DNA of 64,000 nucleotides from an uncultured Alphaproteobacteria bacterium (GTDB lineage Bacteria > Pseudomonadota > Alphaproteobacteria > Rs-D84): NCBI GenBank assembly GCA_951801825.1, contig CATOOF010000001.1, forward strand, positions 380,132-444,131, written 5' to 3'. Both the position numbers and the translations under genes were made by a program. Below the pieces are notes generated by a model. That model saw only the letters and a program-made list of their open reading frames with translations. It was not told the DNA's origin and ran no database searches. Shown here one piece after another: positions 59,367-64,000 of this stretch. The stretch's first letter is position 1, and each line of letters opens with the position of its first letter.

Positions 59367-60953
59367 ATGGTTAAAAACATATATGAAATGCTGCATGAGG
59401 TTTGTATCCAGAATAAAGACCGTATCTTCTTTGTCAGAGAAAACGAAACCTATGCGGAATTGTTAAAAAAAGTGAAACAGCGTGCGGTGCTGTTGGCGAA
59501 ACGATTTGGTATTAAAAAGGGTGATACTGTCGCGATTTTATCCGGCAACACGCCAGAGTTTATCAAGTCTTATTTTGCCATCACGTCCCAGGGCGCGCGC
59601 GTTTTGATGTTGGATACGGGTCTTTCCCCGGCCGAGCATTTGAACATGATGCGGCGCACGAATTGTAAACTGGTTCTGGCGCAAAAGTCTCATTTTGTTG
59701 AAGGTGGTCCGGAAATGTTTGATATCGAGACACCCGATACCACCGACGAGAAAGAATTTGTCGCGGCCGATGTTGCACGCGGTGATTTGGCGATGCTGTC
59801 GTTTACATCGGGTTCCACCGGTAATCCAAAGGTTGTTGGATTGACGCATAACAACGTTTTATCCCTGGGAGAGGGCGCCTTGTTCTATAAGCCTGTGATT
59901 CATCCCGGATATACGTTCTATGGTTTTTTGCCGCTGTATCACATATACGGTGTCGTGATAAATATCATTGCGCCGTTGGTTCTGCAGGGTAAATTATTGT
60001 TACAGCCCGTATTGAACCCGCGTGAGTTTATTGCGGATTTTAAGAAATATCATCCAGAGGTTATCCCCGCTGTTCCCAGAATATGGGAGGCGTTTTATAA
60101 AAAAATTGTATCTGCGGCAAAGGAAAAGCATGTATATACCCTGATGCGGGTTGTTATGGCAACCCAGGGCTTTTTGCGTGCGATTGGTGCGGGCTCGCTG
60201 GTGGACAAGGTTACAAAACCAATTCATGAACAGTTTGGTGGTAATACAAAAGTGATGGTTTCTGCCGGGGCCACGCTAAAACCTACAATCCGCCGATTTT
60301 TTGAAAAGTTGGGTTTTGTTGTTGGCGACTGTTATGGTTTGACCGAGTGCACGGGGCCGGGGAACTTTAATTTCGCATTTCGCCTGCCCAACGGCAAGAT
60401 GTATTATGCGGGGCCGCTGCCGGGTAACGAGTTAAAGATTCACAATCCGGATAAAAACGGTATTGGTGAAATATGGCTGCGCGGCAATATGGTAATGCCG
60501 GGCTATATTGATAATGATGCCGCCAACGCCGCCGCATTCGAAGACGGATGGTTTAAAACCGGCGATTTGGGCATGCTGGACAAAAAGGGGCGTCTGGTTG
60601 TAAAAGGGCGCCAGAAACAGGTTATTGTTTTGGACAGTGGTAAAAATGTTTACCCGGACGAGCTAGAAGATTTGTATCTTCAAAATGAAGAGATTCTGGG
60701 TGCCGCGGTATTTGAATACGTTATAAACGGAAAAACAGTTCCATATGCGGTGTTTCAGGTGGCGCCTGGCACGACTGTTTCGCGCGTTGCAATGCTGTTA
60801 AAGGCATCGAATCTAAAAATTGCCCCGTATAAATGGGTTAAACATTTTGCAATTACAGAAGAAGAGCTGCCCCAGACATCTGCAAAAAAGATAAAGCATT
60901 TTGCTGTAAAGGAAATGCTGGATGCTGGTCTGTTTAATCGTGTAGACGCATAG
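59367..60953 (+). CDS. AMP-dependent synthetase/ligase (long-chain fatty-acid-CoA ligase-like)
   Basis: SFTSGSTGNPKVVGLTHNN AMP-binding motif and C-terminal ligase domain. Confidence 0.88.
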   Translation: MVKNIYEMLHEVCIQNKDRIFFVRENETYAELLKKVKQRAVLLAKRFGIKKGDTVAILSGNTPEFIKSYFAITSQGARVLMLDTGLSPAEHLNMMRRTNCKLVLAQKSHFVEGGPEMFDIETPDTTDEKEFVAADVARGDLAMLSFTSGSTGNPKVVGLTHNNVLSLGEGALFYKPVIHPGYTFYGFLPLYHIYGVVINIIAPLVLQGKLLLQPVLNPREFIADFKKYHPEVIPAVPRIWEAFYKKIVSAAKEKHVYTLMRVVMATQGFLRAIGAGSLVDKVTKPIHEQFGGNTKVMVSAGATLKPTIRRFFEKLGFVVGDCYGLTECTGPGNFNFAFRLPNGKMYYAGPLPGNELKIHNPDKNGIGEIWLRGNMVMPGYIDNDAANAAAFEDGWFKTGDLGMLDKKGRLVVKGRQKQVIVLDSGKNVYPDELEDLYLQNEEILGAAVFEYVINGKTVPYAVFQVAPGTTVSRVAMLLKASNLKIAPYKWVKHFAITEEELPQTSAKKIKHFAVKEMLDAGLFNRVDA

Positions 60954-61046
60954 GACCTGTTGATCTATGCGGGGCATTTTGTCCCGCATAGATAGTTGAA
61001 AAAATTGTTTCTGGTACTATAATAAAAAGAAAGGGGTTCGCGTTAA

Positions 61047-61976
61047 ATGGCAAAATCCGACGTAACATCTTTTATCAAAGCAACATTGAAATACCGCGCA
61101 GGCAAATGTTATGTGGGGCGATTTTCCGGGGCCTTGTTGCATGATTTGCGGACCAAGATTGTTGAAACAGAAATTTCCGGCCAGGGATACTTTTTAAATC
61201 CAGGTGTTATTCATTTGGAATCATTGATTGCCGCATTTAGTCGTGAAATGTCATATAATCCACTGCGCTTTCATTTAGGCGACGACGGTCGATATCCGAT
61301 AAATACGCCGCAATATAATGTGGCCGTAACAATAAACTCCCTGTTGAAAGATTTTCAGACTCTGTGGCCGAATGGAATAGTGAACAGATTTATTGTGGTT
61401 GATTTAACAGATATAAAATATATGTTTCTGTTAAGACTGCGCGACTGCTTTAAACGCATTGCTAATATAAACATGCAGGATTTTAAAATCGCACGGTATA
61501 GGGATGAAATGATAACGTATTTCGCGGGCGCGCCTGAAATAGCGATGCCGGCTGATTTGCGCAACGAGATGAAGGAAATGTCCGTCTTGTCGGCACAAAG
61601 GCGCCATGGAAACAGGATGATTTTGGACTTGCAACGCCGTATAAGCTCATTGGAAAATCTGATAAAAATACACCAGACGCATGACAGGGGCTTTTCTATG
61701 GAACTGGTGGCAGAGCGCGATAGCCTAAAGGCTCAGCTGGATGTGCTGGTGGCGGCCGGTCTGAAAAAGCGTGCACTTTCAGCGCGACCGGTTAAGCGTC
61801 CTGTAAATGCACCGGCTAATCCTTCTAATTTGGATTTTTATGATGAGGACACCACTAACGATGCCTACGAGCGGGAGGCGGAATTATTAAGCACGCTGAC
61901 GCAGGAGCATAGCATGGGAAAAACACCGGATGTCTTTATCGATTACATCGCCAGCCACGGTATTCATAGACGCTAG
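61047..61976 (+). CDS. Hypothetical protein (309 aa)
   Basis: Clean ORF, no recognisable motif. Confidence 0.45.
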   Translation: MAKSDVTSFIKATLKYRAGKCYVGRFSGALLHDLRTKIVETEISGQGYFLNPGVIHLESLIAAFSREMSYNPLRFHLGDDGRYPINTPQYNVAVTINSLLKDFQTLWPNGIVNRFIVVDLTDIKYMFLLRLRDCFKRIANINMQDFKIARYRDEMITYFAGAPEIAMPADLRNEMKEMSVLSAQRRHGNRMILDLQRRISSLENLIKIHQTHDRGFSMELVAERDSLKAQLDVLVAAGLKKRALSARPVKRPVNAPANPSNLDFYDEDTTNDAYEREAELLSTLTQEHSMGKTPDVFIDYIASHGIHRR

Positions 61977-61981
61977 GCTGC

Positions 61982-63226
61982 TTATTTGCATATCGCAATA
62001 TATGGCGGTAATGATTTTTCCGTATCTATTGTTCTGTCGCCGCAATCCATACAGTTGAATTTTCTGTTTTGTGAATGCGCGGCGTCGATCGGAACCGACT
62101 TATTGGAAATCGCTGGGACATTTTCTGCATATTGTTTGCTGGGGAAGCCAAAATAAAACCCGCGTGATGTGCCGCTGCATTCCGTGGTTGTGCCCGGGTA
62201 ACATTTTCCGTCGCCAATCCGTGTCGGGTCCGGAATGCATACAGATTCGCATGTGTCAGGGTCTGTTACCATCTGTTCGCAATCGGTACACGAAGACGTC
62301 TGGGGCACGCGCAATGTTGCGCCGGGCTTTCCATATATGGCGCCGCCGGTAATATGTCCGCATTTTTTGACATCCTCGCTTTGTGTCGGATCTGTTACAC
62401 ATTCCCATTCCAGGGTATTATAGTTTAACCGGGCCACCATGTCCGGCGGACAGTTTTTTTCTGGGAAGGGATTTATGCATTCCCATACGCTGTCGACCAG
62501 AACGGCTGTCTGCTGGCTGGCGCACAGTGGGCGGCGGGATTCGTCGGCCACGCATTCCAACAAATCGGAATCCCAAATCATATCACCGCCGCAATCTGTT
62601 TTCGTGTTGTATCCGATGCACTGCCATCGGCCGAATCTGTATACCTTAACCGTCCCGGCGGGACAGTTTACATTTGCCGCCGTTGCGGCCGCGAACTTGG
62701 TTTCTGCATCCGGTATCTCATACTGGGTCATATATACCAACTGGCCGTCTTGTAATTCCATGTCCGATATAATTCCGGCGGGCACGGCGCGTTTTGTTGC
62801 GGTTCCGCCCGCGACAATCAGTTTGTTTTGAAATATGCCAAATGTCCCGGCATCTGCGAAATGCTGTTCCAGGATTTCCATCATGTTATTGTAGTTTTCA
62901 GGATCAATCGGCGCCGTCGCGGTTACTATAAAGCTGTATGCGGGTTTTTTGTTTCGTATAATTTCACATTTGGTAACCGTCAGATTTGTATTAAGGCAGA
63001 TGAATTTGCTTTCAATTTTGTTTTGCGCGACGCATATGTCTTCAAATTTCGTGTCGTGTATTGTTGCGTTATGTGCGGCGGCGGCGCATTCGGCAATACT
63101 GCGCAAATCAGCACGCTCAATTGCATATTGGGTTTCCTGTTCTGTCATTCGTTGCGATGGCGCCCCCAGCATGTATGCACCCGCCATGAAAATTGCAATC
63201 AAAATCATGACAAAAATATTCATCAT
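61982..63226 (-). CDS. Secreted/anchored Cys-rich hypothetical protein (414 aa)
   Basis: N-terminal hydrophobic segment, many paired Cys. Confidence 0.5.
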   Translation of the reverse strand: MMNIFVMILIAIFMAGAYMLGAPSQRMTEQETQYAIERADLRSIAECAAAAHNATIHDTKFEDICVAQNKIESKFICLNTNLTVTKCEIIRNKKPAYSFIVTATAPIDPENYNNMMEILEQHFADAGTFGIFQNKLIVAGGTATKRAVPAGIISDMELQDGQLVYMTQYEIPDAETKFAAATAANVNCPAGTVKVYRFGRWQCIGYNTKTDCGGDMIWDSDLLECVADESRRPLCASQQTAVLVDSVWECINPFPEKNCPPDMVARLNYNTLEWECVTDPTQSEDVKKCGHITGGAIYGKPGATLRVPQTSSCTDCEQMVTDPDTCESVCIPDPTRIGDGKCYPGTTTECSGTSRGFYFGFPSKQYAENVPAISNKSVPIDAAHSQNRKFNCMDCGDRTIDTEKSLPPYIAICK

Positions 63227-63298
63227 TCCCCCTTGCGATTTATGAAAAGTCTAGCTAATATAAGAATAAACTGCAACTTTAAAAAATATGGTTGTTCT

Positions 63299-63769
63299 AT
63301 GAAGAAATGCCTTTTGTTTTTTTTGCTGGCCGGATGCGGATTCCAGCCGATGTTTGCAAACCGTGATACAGATATTTATGTTTCGCCCATATCTGGCATA
63401 AACGGTATTGATCTGCGCAACAGCCTTAATGCAAAATTTGGTGGCGCACATGACTTGAATGCCGAATATACGCTGAATGTTACGCTGTATGACCCCGTAA
63501 CGCAGTACAAGGCGTTGGAGCATACCGGCGACGCCACCTGGCAGCAGGTATCGGTAACGGCATCTTTTGAATTAATGCGCGGCGATGAAAAGATTGCATC
63601 CGGTCGCGAGGTTGCGGCGGAATCATATACTTTTGTAAGATACCTGGTGGCGGCGAATGCATCTTATAACAATGCGGTGCGTAACATCATAAATGTATTG
63701 GCCGACAAGATTAGTGTTCGTGTAATAACATCTACCGCCGATTATGCAGAAAATCAGGCCCGGCAATAA
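63299..63769 (+). CDS. lptE: LPS-assembly lipoprotein LptE
   Basis: Lipobox LLAGCGF. LptE-like body. Stop overlaps the holA start (TAATG). ORF-track 62828 is an upstream extension. Confidence 0.7.
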   Translation: MKKCLLFFLLAGCGFQPMFANRDTDIYVSPISGINGIDLRNSLNAKFGGAHDLNAEYTLNVTLYDPVTQYKALEHTGDATWQQVSVTASFELMRGDEKIASGREVAAESYTFVRYLVAANASYNNAVRNIINVLADKISVRVITSTADYAENQARQ

Positions 63770-64000
63770 TGAAATGGAAAGAAGCAGATTTTAACAACGG
63801 TATTTCCTCGGTTCGCGGGGTTCTGATATATGGTCCCGACGCGGGCCAGGTTGACGAATTCTGTGATGCCGCGGTGGCCAAACTGGAAATAGAAAAAGAC
63901 AATCTGTTTGCGCTGGATTCGGACGAGTTGCGTGAAAAGCAGGATGCGCTGTTCGCAGAAAGCTGCAGTCCATCCATGTTCGGTGGCCGTAAAATGGTTA
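63769..64000 (+). CDS. holA: DNA polymerase III delta subunit, N-terminal part (partial, continues beyond the window)
   Basis: GVLIYGPDAGQVDEF N-terminal motif. Conserved lptE-holA linkage. Confidence 0.75.
   Translation, partial: MKWKEADFNNGISSVRGVLIYGPDAGQVDEFCDAAVAKLEIEKDNLFALDSDELREKQDALFAESCSPSMFGGRKMV

Noticed and set aside
62828-63298. 5' extension of the lptE ORF (313-aa version)
   Set aside because: The upstream 157 codons are Cys/Arg-rich nonsense antisense to the Cys-rich protein gene. The lipobox-containing start at 63299 is the biological start.

Overview
This 64 kb window looks like a chromosomal segment of a moderately GC-rich bacterium. Ornithine-lipid genes olsB/olsA, a eukaryote-type ProRS and ~1380-aa RpoB/RpoC point to an alphaproteobacterium, but this is inferred from gene content only.

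Core content: the conserved block tRNA-Trp-secE-nusG-rplK-rplA-rplJ-rplL-rpoB-rpoC-rpmF-plsX, followed by housekeeping genes (mraZ, M13 peptidase, hemW, mltB-like, olsBA, proS, U32 peptidase, cvpA, sodB, ldh, lgt, glyQS, nrdDG, acyl-CoA ligase, lptE, holA) and several outer-membrane/secreted proteins.

Accessory content, in order of interest:
1. A ~10-11 kb AT-rich island inserted at the 3' end of tRNA-Ser(TGA). It carries a decayed large serine recombinase, an Abi/DRT-like reverse transcriptase, several predicted nuclease-domain proteins (HEPN-like, GIY-YIG, ParB-like, NERD-like+SEC-C), a DUF488 pair, and a Tlde1-like L,D-transpeptidase toxin with a membrane immunity candidate. Next to the RT is a locally GC-rich array of TCCCTGT(T) direct repeats closed by a bidirectional terminator. 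This is the best candidate for an undescribed RT-based defence module.
2. A family of conserved structured leaders (sigma70 promoter, ccaacc/ggttgg hairpin, alternative antiterminator/terminator, SD, small gene). There are at least three clear copies. Two are in inverted orientation ~10.6 kb apart, each driving a small XRE-type HTH gene.
3. A split class III ribonucleotide reductase: NrdD ends at an in-frame TAA and the glycyl-radical domain is a separate 62-aa ORF with its own SD.
4. A small tRNA-Thr-linked AT-rich islet with a GH108 lysozyme-like gene.

All calls rest on reading the sequence and motif recognition. No database searches were run.
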